DNA of 64,000 nucleotides, taken from the NCBI GenBank assembly GCA_951813255.1, contig OX638353.1:3084782-3148781 (forward strand), given 5' to 3'. A program made the position numbers and the translations under genes. Below, piece after piece: positions 43,435 through 52,736 of the stretch (position 1 is the stretch's first letter; each line of letters begins with the position of its first letter). Below the pieces are notes generated by a model. That model was given only the letters and a program-made list of their open reading frames with translations. It was not told the DNA's origin and did not search any database. This DNA is from an uncultured Dehalococcoidia bacterium (GTDB lineage Bacteria > Chloroflexota > Dehalococcoidia > Lucifugimonadales > JAAXIE01).

Positions 43435-44912
43435 AACTCGTCCCTCCCAGACCCACCGTCAAGCAGGACGTCTCCACGCCGGATCTCTCCGGCTCCCCCC
43501 TCCCCATCTCGGATGATGAGGGCCTGATTATGGAGCGTTGCCTCCGCTCCCCCAGCCTCTTCGCCCGCAATATCCTCGGCGTCCAGCTCTGGAGCAAGCA
43601 GGAAGAGGTGCTGAAGGCCCTCCAAGGCCACAGGCGCGTCGCCGTCAAGGCCGGAAATGGCCTCGGCAAAGGCTTCACCGCCGCCGTGGCCGTCCTCTGG
43701 TTCCTCACCTGCCACTCCCCCGCCATCGTCCTCACCACCGCCCCCACCGCCCGGCAGGTCCGGCACGTCCTCTGGCGGGAGATCCGCCGTCTTCATGGCA
43801 ACCATGCCGACCTTCTGGGTGGCAGGATGTTCAACACCCGGTTCGAAATTGCCGACGATCGTTTTGCCCTAGGCCTGTCCACCGACGAGGCGGACCAGTT
43901 CCAAGGGTTCCATTCCCCCAACATGCTGATCGTGGTGGACGAGGCGGAGGGTGTAACCGAACCCATCTACGATGCCATCGAGGCAGTGATGACCACGGGC
44001 AACTGCAAGCTGCTGCTCATCGGCAACCCCACCAGCGACTCCGGAACATTCCGACGCGCTTTCCACGAAGACCGGCGTATCTTCCAAAACATCACCATAT
44101 CAGCCCTGGAGTCGCCCAACGTGGAGCAACAGGACGTGGTCATCCCTGGGCTGACCACAGGCGAATGGGTGGCGGAGCGCAGAACGATGTGGGGCGAGGG
44201 AAGCCCGATGTACCAAGCGCGGGTGCTGGGCAACTTCTGCGACCACCCCCAAGACAACCTCATTCCCCTGAGCAAAATCGAGCAGGCTATTTCTCTCTAT
44301 GCCGAGGGCTGCGATGATGACCCGCTGGCAGAGGAAGAGGAAGGAGCGAGTGAGCCGGCTGTGCTGGCGCCCACCGTACTGGCGCCCACCGTACTGGCAG
44401 TAGACGTAGCGCGCTTCGGCCCCGACCAGAGCGTGCTGCTGCTAGCCAACTCCAACAGGGTCCTGGACATTCAGACTCACCAAGGACTGGACACCATGGA
44501 ACTGACAGGCCGCATCGTGGACGCGTACCGCCAGTGGGCCCCCGAACGGATCGTGGTGGACGAAATCGGCATCGGAGCAGGCGTATTGGACCGCCTGAAG
44601 GAGCTTGACCTGCCAGTGTCGGGCATCAATGTAGGACGGCCCGCCCGGCAACGGCGTCAGTTCGCCAACCTGCGGGCCGAAGGCTACTGGAGCCTCTACG
44701 AGCTGTTCAACCAGGGAGCGATAGCAATCCCCAACGACCCCGAACTTGCCGGCCAGCTATCCTCCCTGCGCCACCGCTACAACAGCAAGGGCCAGTTCCT
44801 CATCGAACCCAAAGAGGAAACCCGTACCCGGGGCCTGCCATCCCCCGACAAAGCAGACGCCCTCATGCTGGCGTTCTTGAGGAACACGGGCGGTGTGAGG
44901 TTGCATACGTAA
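43425..44912 (+). CDS. terminase large subunit-like ATPase-nuclease
   Basis: Deviant Walker A (KAGNGLGKGF), Walker B (MLIVVDEAEG), LLLIGNPTS coupling motif. C-terminal RNase-H-like nuclease acidic motifs (LAVDVARFGPD, VVDEIGIGAG, SPDKADAL). Confidence 0.75.
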   Translation: MSVKLVPPRPTVKQDVSTPDLSGSPLPISDDEGLIMERCLRSPSLFARNILGVQLWSKQEEVLKALQGHRRVAVKAGNGLGKGFTAAVAVLWFLTCHSPAIVLTTAPTARQVRHVLWREIRRLHGNHADLLGGRMFNTRFEIADDRFALGLSTDEADQFQGFHSPNMLIVVDEAEGVTEPIYDAIEAVMTTGNCKLLLIGNPTSDSGTFRRAFHEDRRIFQNITISALESPNVEQQDVVIPGLTTGEWVAERRTMWGEGSPMYQARVLGNFCDHPQDNLIPLSKIEQAISLYAEGCDDDPLAEEEEGASEPAVLAPTVLAPTVLAVDVARFGPDQSVLLLANSNRVLDIQTHQGLDTMELTGRIVDAYRQWAPERIVVDEIGIGAGVLDRLKELDLPVSGINVGRPARQRRQFANLRAEGYWSLYELFNQGAIAIPNDPELAGQLSSLRHRYNSKGQFLIEPKEETRTRGLPSPDKADALMLAFLRNTGGVRLHT

Positions 44913-44992
44913 GGCACGTTGTCAGTGCTGGCCCATCCGTTGGATATAATGGCAATCAACACGCGGTATCAGAAATAAAACAGGGGGACAAC

Positions 44993-46006
44993 ATGGCGGA
45001 GTTCAAGATTGTGGCTCAGGGGCGTCCCAACTTTGTTGACGACTACAGGTTCGAGATGGAGGGGCTGCAGGGTCTGGATTATGAGATTACCGAGGTTCCG
45101 GCCGCGTCGGACGATGAGTTCCTAGCCGGGGCCCATGACGCGGACGCGATCATAACCAGGGACATGCCCCTATCCCAGAATGTGGTCAACGGGTTGGAGA
45201 AGTGCAGGATCATCGCACTGGACAGCGTCGGCACCGACTTGGTGGACGTCCGGGCGGCTACGGCCAAGGGCATCCCCGTAACCAATTGCCCGGACACCTT
45301 CGTCCAAGAGGTGGCCGAGCACACGGCGGCCCTGATCTTGGGCGCACACCGGCGGCTGTTGGCCGTGGACAGACTGGTCCGGGAGGGCCGCTGGGCGGAA
45401 GGGAGGCCGGCATTGTACCAGTTCCCCCGGCTCTACGGTCAGACGCTGGGGCTGATCTCCTTCGGGAACATCGCCAGGGCCGTAGTACCTTTGATGAAGC
45501 CCTTCGGACTCCGAATCCTAGCCCACGATCCCTTCGTCAGGGAGACCGTGATGGTCCAATTCGGCGTGGAGCCAGTGGGACTGAGGGAATTGCTTCAACG
45601 ATCGGATATCGTCTCAAACCATCTTCCCGGCACCGGCGGCACCAGGAGGATGATTGGGGAGGAGCAGTTCAGGATGATGAAACCCTTAGCGATTTTCGTC
45701 AACACCGGCAGGGGCTCCACCGTGGACGAGGCTGCCTTGGCAAGAGCCCTGGAAGAGGGCTGGATCAGTCACGCCGCGCTGGACGTGATGGAGACGGAGC
45801 CGCCGGACTCCGGCAACCCCCTCCTTGGCTTGGAAAACGTCACGTTGAGTGCCCACGTCGCCTCGGCGTCGGGCAGATTTGCAGAGGGAGCTAGGACCAG
45901 GGCAGGGAGGGAGATCGCGCTGGTGCTGAGGGGCCGCTGGCCCATGTCATGCGTAAACCCTTCAGTGCTGGACGACTCCGGCCTCCTCAGATGGCAGCCC
46001 GCGTAG
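44993..46006 (+). CDS. D-isomer-specific 2-hydroxyacid dehydrogenase family protein
   Basis: 337 aa. NAD-binding GLISFGNIARAV and catalytic-region FVNTGRGSTVDE...ALDVMETEP...SAHVAS. Confidence 0.85.
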   Translation: MAEFKIVAQGRPNFVDDYRFEMEGLQGLDYEITEVPAASDDEFLAGAHDADAIITRDMPLSQNVVNGLEKCRIIALDSVGTDLVDVRAATAKGIPVTNCPDTFVQEVAEHTAALILGAHRRLLAVDRLVREGRWAEGRPALYQFPRLYGQTLGLISFGNIARAVVPLMKPFGLRILAHDPFVRETVMVQFGVEPVGLRELLQRSDIVSNHLPGTGGTRRMIGEEQFRMMKPLAIFVNTGRGSTVDEAALARALEEGWISHAALDVMETEPPDSGNPLLGLENVTLSAHVASASGRFAEGARTRAGREIALVLRGRWPMSCVNPSVLDDSGLLRWQPA

Positions 46007-46087
46007 TTGGCTGGGTCCCAGGTCACTGCTCCGTAAAGAAATCCCCCTGAAAACAGGTCCTCCGCCTCCAGCCTCCTAAGCTGGGTT

Positions 46088-46122
46088 GATACGGCCTCCA
46101 CCGCCCAACTGGAGGCCGTATC
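46088..46122. terminator. 13-bp perfect hairpin (terminator candidate without T-tract)
   Basis: GATACGGCCTCCA (46088-46100), 9-nt loop, TGGAGGCCGTATC (46110-46122). Confidence 0.3.
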
Positions 46123-46277
46123 ACGTTCTATGCCAGACCGCGGGCGGAATTCCCAGAGGGGTCACTCAAGAATCAACACATCCGAGGTGAGCGCGCCGGA
46201 CACCAGAATCCCAACGATTACTGCTACCATCAATGCCAACCCCAGCAAAATAAGAATGCGAACCATCTCTGGGCCAT

Positions 46278-46745
46278 TCAGTCAGTCAGAATGTCGACAT
46301 TCAAGGCATTGTCGATAAAGTCCGCCCGTGAGAAAACCGACCTGTCAAATGGCCACGGGTCATATACCTTGCCTGTGTGAAGGCCGTATGCCGTGGTACT
46401 CCAGTATACGGGCCCACCACTATCACCGTCCTCCGAGTCGTGGGTCTCCATCATCAGCAGATTGCATGCGTCATTCATGCAAACATCCATCCGGCGCACA
46501 TCATTGCACTTCCGATTAGTCGATGCCCCGTTTCGGCAAAGACGCTGGCCATTCTCAGGAGTGCCTACCGCAGTGATAGACCTGCGATAGTCGGCGAGGC
46601 CCTTCCTTGGGAAACTGCAAGTATGTGCCTGAAAACTGCTAGTGGGTGTGCCGACGCCTGTCCGTCGCTTCAAGTTACTGATAGTCGGCGAGGCCTCCTT
46701 GGGTAAACCGCTCAGGACGAACGGAGGAGTAGCGGGCATTTCCAT
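46278..46745 (-). pseudogene. C-terminal fragment of a chymotrypsin-fold (S1, alpha-lytic/streptogrisin-like) serine protease
   Basis: 155-aa ORF carrying the Ser motif DSGGPVYW (preceded by GD) with C-terminal-barrel-like context. No canonical TAxHC His motif, and too short for a complete S1 domain. Confidence 0.45.
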
Positions 46746-46769
46746 AGCGATGACCTAGGTGGCTGATTG

Positions 46770-48008
46770 CTACGGGTGACGACAGGGGTGGTCTTGGGGT
46801 TCAGGATGGGTCTTGCGTTGGAGGATGGCAGCGACGCGGTCTAGGACTTGGTGGGCTACTTCGGGTTTGGACATTAGGGGGAGGTCGTCTACTTGGTTGT
46901 TGGGGTGGATCAGGAGGACTTTGTTGGTGTCGGCGCCGAAGCCTGAGCCTTCGGCGGTGACGTCGTTGGCTACGATGAGGTCGAGGTTTTTTTCGGTGAC
47001 CTTGGCGCGGGCGTTCTGTAGGAGGTCGTTGCTTTCGGCGGCGAATCCGATGCGGACGAGGGGGTTGGTGGCTTGGGCTAGGATGTCGTCGGTTTTTTCG
47101 AGGTCGAGGGCCCACTGATTGGAGCTTTTCTTGACCTTGGACGGAGCGACAGAGGCGGGGCGGTAGTCGGCCACGGCGGCGGCCATTATCAGGGCGTCGG
47201 CTTGCGATGTGGCATTGAGGACGGCCTGCTTCATCTGCTCGGCGGTCTCGACGCGGACCATTTCAACGGCAGGCGGGTCGTCCAAGCCTTGGACGGTGGA
47301 GACGAGGATGACGCGGGCGCCTCGATCGCGGGCGGCCTCGGCCAAGGCGTAGCCCATCTTGCCGGAGGAGCGGTTGGTGATGACGCGGACGGGGTCGATG
47401 GGTTCACGGGTGCCTCCGGCGCTGATGACGATGGTGCGGCCAGCCAGGTCGCTGTTGCGGCCGAGGACGGCTTGGATGTGTCCTAGTATCTCGGTGGGCT
47501 CGGCGAGGCGCCCCATGCCGACGAGGCCTGAGGCTAGGCGTCCTGCGCCGGGGCCGACCACGACGGCGCCACGGTCGCGGAGGAGGGACATGTTGTGCTG
47601 GGTGGCTGGGTGGTCCCACATGTGGGCGTCCATGGCTGGCGCAAGCAGCAGAGGGGCTTCGGTGGCCAAGGCGGTGGCTGTGAGGGCGTCGTCGGCTAGG
47701 CCTTGGGCGAGGCGGGCAAGGGTGTGGGCGGTGGCCGGGGCGATGGCGAGTATCTCTGCACGGCGGGCGAGGGCGACGTGCTCGACAGCCAGTTCAGAAT
47801 GGGTGTCGAACATGTCGGTGACCACTGGGCGGTGGGTGAGGCTGCGAAAGGCCAGGGGGGTGACGAACCTGGCGGCGTCGGTAGTGAGGATGACATCTAC
47901 ACTCGCGCCCTGCTGGGCAAGCTTGCTGGTGAGGTCCAGGGCTTTGTAGCAAGCGATACTGCCGGTGACACCGAGGACTATGTTCTTGTCTTGAAGGACT
48001 GAAGGCAT
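46770..48008 (-). CDS. coaBC: bifunctional phosphopantothenoylcysteine decarboxylase / phosphopantothenate-cysteine ligase
   Basis: 412 aa. NIVLGVTGSIACYKALDL flavoprotein N-terminus and ISAGGTREPIDPVRVITNRSSGKMG ligase motif. Confidence 0.9.
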   Translation of the reverse strand: MPSVLQDKNIVLGVTGSIACYKALDLTSKLAQQGASVDVILTTDAARFVTPLAFRSLTHRPVVTDMFDTHSELAVEHVALARRAEILAIAPATAHTLARLAQGLADDALTATALATEAPLLLAPAMDAHMWDHPATQHNMSLLRDRGAVVVGPGAGRLASGLVGMGRLAEPTEILGHIQAVLGRNSDLAGRTIVISAGGTREPIDPVRVITNRSSGKMGYALAEAARDRGARVILVSTVQGLDDPPAVEMVRVETAEQMKQAVLNATSQADALIMAAAVADYRPASVAPSKVKKSSNQWALDLEKTDDILAQATNPLVRIGFAAESNDLLQNARAKVTEKNLDLIVANDVTAEGSGFGADTNKVLLIHPNNQVDDLPLMSKPEVAHQVLDRVAAILQRKTHPEPQDHPCRHP

Positions 48009-48011
48009 AAA

Positions 48012-48806
48012 TCAGTCCTCCTGTTTTTCTGAGTCATGTGGGTCATGGTTGAGGTCGTAAATCATGCGGAGGCCGAGGAGCGTGAGGTCGGGGTTGACGG
48101 CGTCGAAGACGGAGGTCTCACCGGCCATGAGGTCGGCTAGCCCGCCGGTGGCGATGACCTTGGCCTCCTGGCCCAACTCGCTCTTGAAGCGGGCTACCAT
48201 GCCCTCGACAAGACCAGCGTAGCCGAAAATCAGGCCAGACTGCATGGCGGTCACGGTGTTGCGGCCGATGGCTGCTGCCGGGGGCGTCAACTCGACGCGG
48301 CGCAGTTGGGATGTGCTCTGGTAGAGGGCATCGGCCGACAGGTTCATGCCGGGGGCCAAGGCCCCTCCGAGGTACTTGCCATCGGCGGAGATGGCGTCGA
48401 AGACAGTGGCGGTGCCGAAGTCCACTACGATGACGGGTCCGCCGTAGAGCTTGAGGGCGGCCACCGCGTCGGCCACGCGATCGGTGCCGACGTCACGGGG
48501 GGAGTCGTACTGGATGGAGATGCCGGTCTTGACACCAGCGGACACGGTGAGGGGTTGCACAGAGAAGTAGTTGCGGCAGACCTCTTCGAAGGTGGGGATC
48601 AGGGGAGGCACCACGCTGCAGATGCAGGCACCGGTGATGTTTGAAGGGGGGACCCCCCGATAGGACATGATGTTGGCCATGAGCAGGCCGTATTCGTCGG
48701 GCATGCGGCGGGCGTCGGTGGCCAAGCGCCAAGTGGACTTGAGGGTCTGGGCCTCGAAGACGCCCAGGGTGACATTGGTGTTGCCTATGTCGAGAACTAG
48801 GAGCAA
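48012..48806 (-). CDS. coaX: type III pantothenate kinase
   Basis: MLLVLDIGNTNVTLGVF, VVDFGTATVFD, GGLA. Confidence 0.9.
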   Translation of the reverse strand: MLLVLDIGNTNVTLGVFEAQTLKSTWRLATDARRMPDEYGLLMANIMSYRGVPPSNITGACICSVVPPLIPTFEEVCRNYFSVQPLTVSAGVKTGISIQYDSPRDVGTDRVADAVAALKLYGGPVIVVDFGTATVFDAISADGKYLGGALAPGMNLSADALYQSTSQLRRVELTPPAAAIGRNTVTAMQSGLIFGYAGLVEGMVARFKSELGQEAKVIATGGLADLMAGETSVFDAVNPDLTLLGLRMIYDLNHDPHDSEKQED

Positions 48807-49006
48807 GAGAAGCGCCTACCGTGTGGTATCGTGCTAATAGCGATTGATGGCACCAGTGTAGCACAGCGCACGTACCGGGAATTAAGGCCTTCACGGCCGG
48901 CTCTTCCGTCGATGTCCAGGTCTAGAGAGGGTCCACCAAGGGGGGCAATTCTTGACCCTCCCAGATAGGCAGGATAGACTGTGCTAGCTTTACACATGGG
49001 CGAAGC

Positions 49007-50722
49007 GTGAGTTGCTGCCGCCCAATTTGTGTGCATAGGGAGGGACTCTTGGCAGAAGTTAGCGGTGGTGAAATCGCTGCAAAGGCACTCCTGAACGAAG
49101 GAGTGGATACTATATTTTTCCTGACGGGTGGGCCTATTACGCCCATCATCGTGGAGGCCAACAAGCTCGGGATACGCTGTGTCGATGTGAGGCATGAGCA
49201 GGCTGCTGCGATGGCGGCCCATGGATATGCTCGGAGCACCGGCAAGCCGGGTGTCTGCATCTGTGCGTCGGGCCCCGGTACCACCAATGCCGTGACCGGC
49301 ATAGCCAATGCGTTCGTTGATTGCGTGCCGATTCTGACCATCGGTGGGGCCAGCCCGGCCATCCAGTTCGGGATGGGCGGGTTCCAGGAAATCGATCAGC
49401 TGGCCATGATGAAGCCAATCAACAAGTGGTCGGACCGGGTGCTGCAGACCCACCGGATACCGGAGATGATCAGCACCGCTTTCCGGCAGGCCACTACCGG
49501 CAAGCCCGGCCCTGTCTACCTGGACTTCCCCAAGGACACCATTGATGAGGTGGCGGACGAGGAGCAGGTTGTGTATCCCAGCAAGCCCCGCACTACGGCG
49601 CGGGCTGAGGGCGACAGGCAATTGATCAAAGAGGCCATTGAGATACTGTCCAAGGCGGAGAGGCCGGTTATTCTTGCGGGCACCGGGACCTACTGGTCCC
49701 AGTCCGGGACCGAGTTCCAGGAATTCGTCGAGATGAGCAAGATTCCTTTCTACACGATGCCCCAGACCCGCGGCATCGTGCCCGATGACCACCCGATGAG
49801 CTTCCTTGGTGCACGCACGAAGGCGTATGCAGAGGCCGATGCGGTGCTGGTGATGGGGACGCGGTTCAACTACATGGTGGCGTTCGGACAGTCCCCGCGG
49901 TTTGCGCCCGACGTCAAGTTCATACAGGTGGACATCGACCCTGCTGAGATCGGTCACAACCGCGACGTTGAAGTGGGGATCATAGGCGACTGCAAGGCTG
50001 TGTTCCAGCAGTTGATCTATGAGGGACGCCCTGTCTTTGAGGGACGGGATGAGTTGCCCTGGGTCGACGAACTGCGGGCACGTGACGCCGCCAACCGGGA
50101 GCGCTCCGAGGTGCAGATGGCCTCGGACCAGACGCCGATTCATCCGCTGCGGTTGTGCCGCGAGGTGCGGGACTTCCTGGACCGGGATGCTACGCTGATT
50201 GTGGACGGGCAGGAGATATTGAACTTCGGGCGCCAGTCCATACCGACGTTCACGCCGGGCAGCCGGTTGAACTCGGGGCCCTTCGGCAATATTGGGACCG
50301 GTGTGCCATTCGGCATGGCGGCCAAGATTGCCCGGCCCGATAAGCAGGTGCTGGTGCTCACGGGGGACGGATCCTTTGGATTCAATGGCATTGAGCTGGA
50401 CTCGGCGGTACGCAACAACATCCCCTTCGTGACGGTGATCAGCAACAACGCAGGCTGGGCCTCAGGTGCGGTCTCTCGTCAGGATGAGCCGGGTCGGTTC
50501 CTCGGCTTCAGCAACTACGAGCAGATGGCCGAGGCGTTCGGCTGCTACGTGGAGAGAGTGGAAGATCCTGAGCAGATACGCCCCGCTCTGGAGCGGGCAT
50601 TCGCTGCGGGCATTCCCGCCTTGGTAAACGTGGTGGTCGACTCGGAGGTAAAGGTGGTTACGCAGCCCTTCTCGGCGTATCAGAAGGGCGCTGTGGGAGT
50701 GAAACAGAGCTACAAGGACTAG
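49007..50722 (+). CDS. thiamine-pyrophosphate-dependent enzyme (acetolactate synthase / oxalyl-CoA decarboxylase-like)
   Basis: GGEIAAKALLNEGVDTIFFLTGGP and TPP motif GDGSFGFNGIELDSAVRNNIP...NN. The true start may be the in-frame TTG at 49049. Confidence 0.85.
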   Translation: MSCCRPICVHREGLLAEVSGGEIAAKALLNEGVDTIFFLTGGPITPIIVEANKLGIRCVDVRHEQAAAMAAHGYARSTGKPGVCICASGPGTTNAVTGIANAFVDCVPILTIGGASPAIQFGMGGFQEIDQLAMMKPINKWSDRVLQTHRIPEMISTAFRQATTGKPGPVYLDFPKDTIDEVADEEQVVYPSKPRTTARAEGDRQLIKEAIEILSKAERPVILAGTGTYWSQSGTEFQEFVEMSKIPFYTMPQTRGIVPDDHPMSFLGARTKAYAEADAVLVMGTRFNYMVAFGQSPRFAPDVKFIQVDIDPAEIGHNRDVEVGIIGDCKAVFQQLIYEGRPVFEGRDELPWVDELRARDAANRERSEVQMASDQTPIHPLRLCREVRDFLDRDATLIVDGQEILNFGRQSIPTFTPGSRLNSGPFGNIGTGVPFGMAAKIARPDKQVLVLTGDGSFGFNGIELDSAVRNNIPFVTVISNNAGWASGAVSRQDEPGRFLGFSNYEQMAEAFGCYVERVEDPEQIRPALERAFAAGIPALVNVVVDSEVKVVTQPFSAYQKGAVGVKQSYKD

Positions 50723-50885
50723 GCTCACGCAGCCGATGGGCCAAGAGGACTGAAGAAGCGAGCGCCTGGACAAGCGTCCGGGCGCTCGTTGCGCATGTGG
50801 CTTACTTGTCGCCTTAGCCATGCCTCGGATGTAGAATCCACTGGTCGTTTTACCCGATGATTGATCACTGACAAGGAGCCCTTTC

Positions 50886-52046
50886 ATGACAACCACGACC
50901 CCAGAAGAGGCACGCAGTCAGATTGTGAATATGGTGCGCGATTTTGTGCGACGTGACGTTCTGCCAATTGCGGATGAGCATGAGCAGAAGGACATTGTGC
51001 CTCTGGGCCTCATCGAGCAAATGAAGGGTATGGGGTTGTTCGGCATCACTGTTCCGGAAGAATGGGGCGGAATGGGGCTGGACTATACGACCTTCGCCAT
51101 GATTTTCGAGGAGATTTCCAAGGGGTGGATGAGCGTAGGCGGCATCATCGGCACCCACCACATCATGACCTACGTCATCTCGAACTTTGGGACGGAGGAG
51201 CAGAAGTCGAGGTTCCTGCCTGCGATGGCGCGGGGTGAGATGAGGGGTGGGCTGGCTCTCACTGAGCCGGATGCAGGGAGCGATGTTCAATCACTGTCTT
51301 TGTCGGCCACCAAGGATGGTGAGGAGTATGTGCTGAACGGGACCAAGATGTTCATCACGAATGGGCGCCATGGCGATACGTTTGCGGTGCTGGCCCGAAC
51401 TGACCCCAATGTTACGCCGAAGCACAGGGGTCTTAGCTGCTTTATAGCGGAGAAGGGGCCGGGGTTTGAGGTTGGGAGGGACTTGGACAAGCTGGGGTAC
51501 CGCGGGCTGGATACCTGTGAACTCATATTCAAGGACTACAGGGTGGCGGCTGACAGGCTGGTTGGCGGGGAGGAGGGCCACGGTTTCCAGCAGGTGATGA
51601 GCGGGCTGGAAACCGGGCGGATCAATGTGGCGGCCCGGTCGGTGGGGGTAGCAACGGCTGCCTTCGAGGCCTCCATCAAGTATGCTCAGCAGCGTGAGAC
51701 TTTCGGGAAGCCCATCAGCCAGCACCAAGCTATACAGCTCAAGCTGGCGGACATGGCGACCAAGATCGAGGCGGCACGCCTGCTGACCTACCAAGCTGCT
51801 GAGAAGAAGGACCGGGGGGAGCGGGTGGACCTGGAGGCGGGGATGGCCAAGCTCTTTGCGAGTGAGATTTGCGCTGAGGTTACGTTGGAGGCCATGCGTA
51901 TCCATGGTGGTGTGGGCTACATCAAGGAGTCCCCGGTTGAGCGTTATTACCGGGATGCACCGCTGATGATAATTGGAGAAGGCACGAACGAGATTCAGAG
52001 AATACTGATAGCGAGGCAATTGCTACGGAGGTACCCCGTAGATTAG
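50886..52046 (+). CDS. acyl-CoA dehydrogenase
   Basis: 386 aa. GLALTEPDAGSD, FITNG, QRETFGKPI, IGEGTNEIQR. Confidence 0.9.
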   Translation: MTTTTPEEARSQIVNMVRDFVRRDVLPIADEHEQKDIVPLGLIEQMKGMGLFGITVPEEWGGMGLDYTTFAMIFEEISKGWMSVGGIIGTHHIMTYVISNFGTEEQKSRFLPAMARGEMRGGLALTEPDAGSDVQSLSLSATKDGEEYVLNGTKMFITNGRHGDTFAVLARTDPNVTPKHRGLSCFIAEKGPGFEVGRDLDKLGYRGLDTCELIFKDYRVAADRLVGGEEGHGFQQVMSGLETGRINVAARSVGVATAAFEASIKYAQQRETFGKPISQHQAIQLKLADMATKIEAARLLTYQAAEKKDRGERVDLEAGMAKLFASEICAEVTLEAMRIHGGVGYIKESPVERYYRDAPLMIIGEGTNEIQRILIARQLLRRYPVD

Positions 52047-52128
52047 AAGGCAGTCGTCCGCGTGAAGCGCAAAAAGCGAGGCCACCCCAGACGGGGTGGC
52101 CTCAATGTTTCCGGCTGATGGTTGGCGG

Positions 52129-52644
52129 CTATACCTTACCGAGGGCCGCCTCGACCTCGGGCAACTGGCCCCAGCGCATGCCGTGGGGGTCGTTGGTCAG
52201 TTGCATGCGTTGGCCCTTGGAGTTCTTCAGGCCGTTGGGGTGATAGACAAGCTCGATCATGTTGCCGTCGGGGTCGTGGATGTAGGTGTAGAACTCGCCG
52301 TTGTCCTCGCGGTTGCCGTACAGAGGATGGTCGCCACCGATGAGACGGGAGGCAGCGCCGCCGCCCATGCGGGAGTATTCGACTCCCTCCTTGTCCAAGT
52401 GGGCCAGCATCTCGTCCCAGTTCTGCACTTCTACGGCAAAGTGTACTGAGGGATGTAGGGTCACCTCGTTCACCTCGCTGAAGTGCATCTCGGCATTGCC
52501 GAGATTCAACTGTAGCTGGCGCTTGTTGAGATCGCCTCGATCGAGGAAGGTGCAGCCCAGTACCCTCTCGTACCAGTCGCGGGTCCGCTGGCGGTCTGTG
52601 ATTTGCACATTCAGGTGGTGAACCATGATAACTTTGCTGCCCAT
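52129..52644 (-). CDS. VOC (glyoxalase/bleomycin-resistance/dioxygenase) family protein
   Basis: 171 aa. HHLNVQITD...HFAVEV...DPDGNMIEL. Confidence 0.75.
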   Translation of the reverse strand: MGSKVIMVHHLNVQITDRQRTRDWYERVLGCTFLDRGDLNKRQLQLNLGNAEMHFSEVNEVTLHPSVHFAVEVQNWDEMLAHLDKEGVEYSRMGGGAASRLIGGDHPLYGNREDNGEFYTYIHDPDGNMIELVYHPNGLKNSKGQRMQLTNDPHGMRWGQLPEVEAALGKV

Positions 52645-52736
52645 GTCATCGCCTCCTAATTCCTATATTCCGTTGTTCCTCCCGATGTTGGGACATATTG
52701 TATTGCGGCTTTTCTATTGCTGCAATCCTGAACCTA

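Larger units (their letters stand above)
39150..44950. mobile_element. degraded prophage- or satellite-like islet (terminase module plus hypothetical genes; no integrase, portal or capsid seen)
   Basis: AT-rich hypothetical genes at 39.3-41.6 kb, then a repeat array, terS and terL. Flanked by valS and a 2-hydroxyacid dehydrogenase gene. Boundaries are approximate. Confidence 0.4.

Noticed and set aside
39150-44993. att-type direct repeats or an integrase bounding the terminase islet
   Set aside because: Comparing 39144-39356 with 44913-44992 by eye gave no shared repeat of 12 bp or more. No tyrosine or serine recombinase-like ORF was found, and the only tRNA in the window (59292-59366) is far away.
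48797-50143. 448-aa minus-strand ORF
   Set aside because: Antisense to the TPP-enzyme gene, which has clear motifs. It has no recognisable domains and is the usual long shadow ORF in high-GC DNA.
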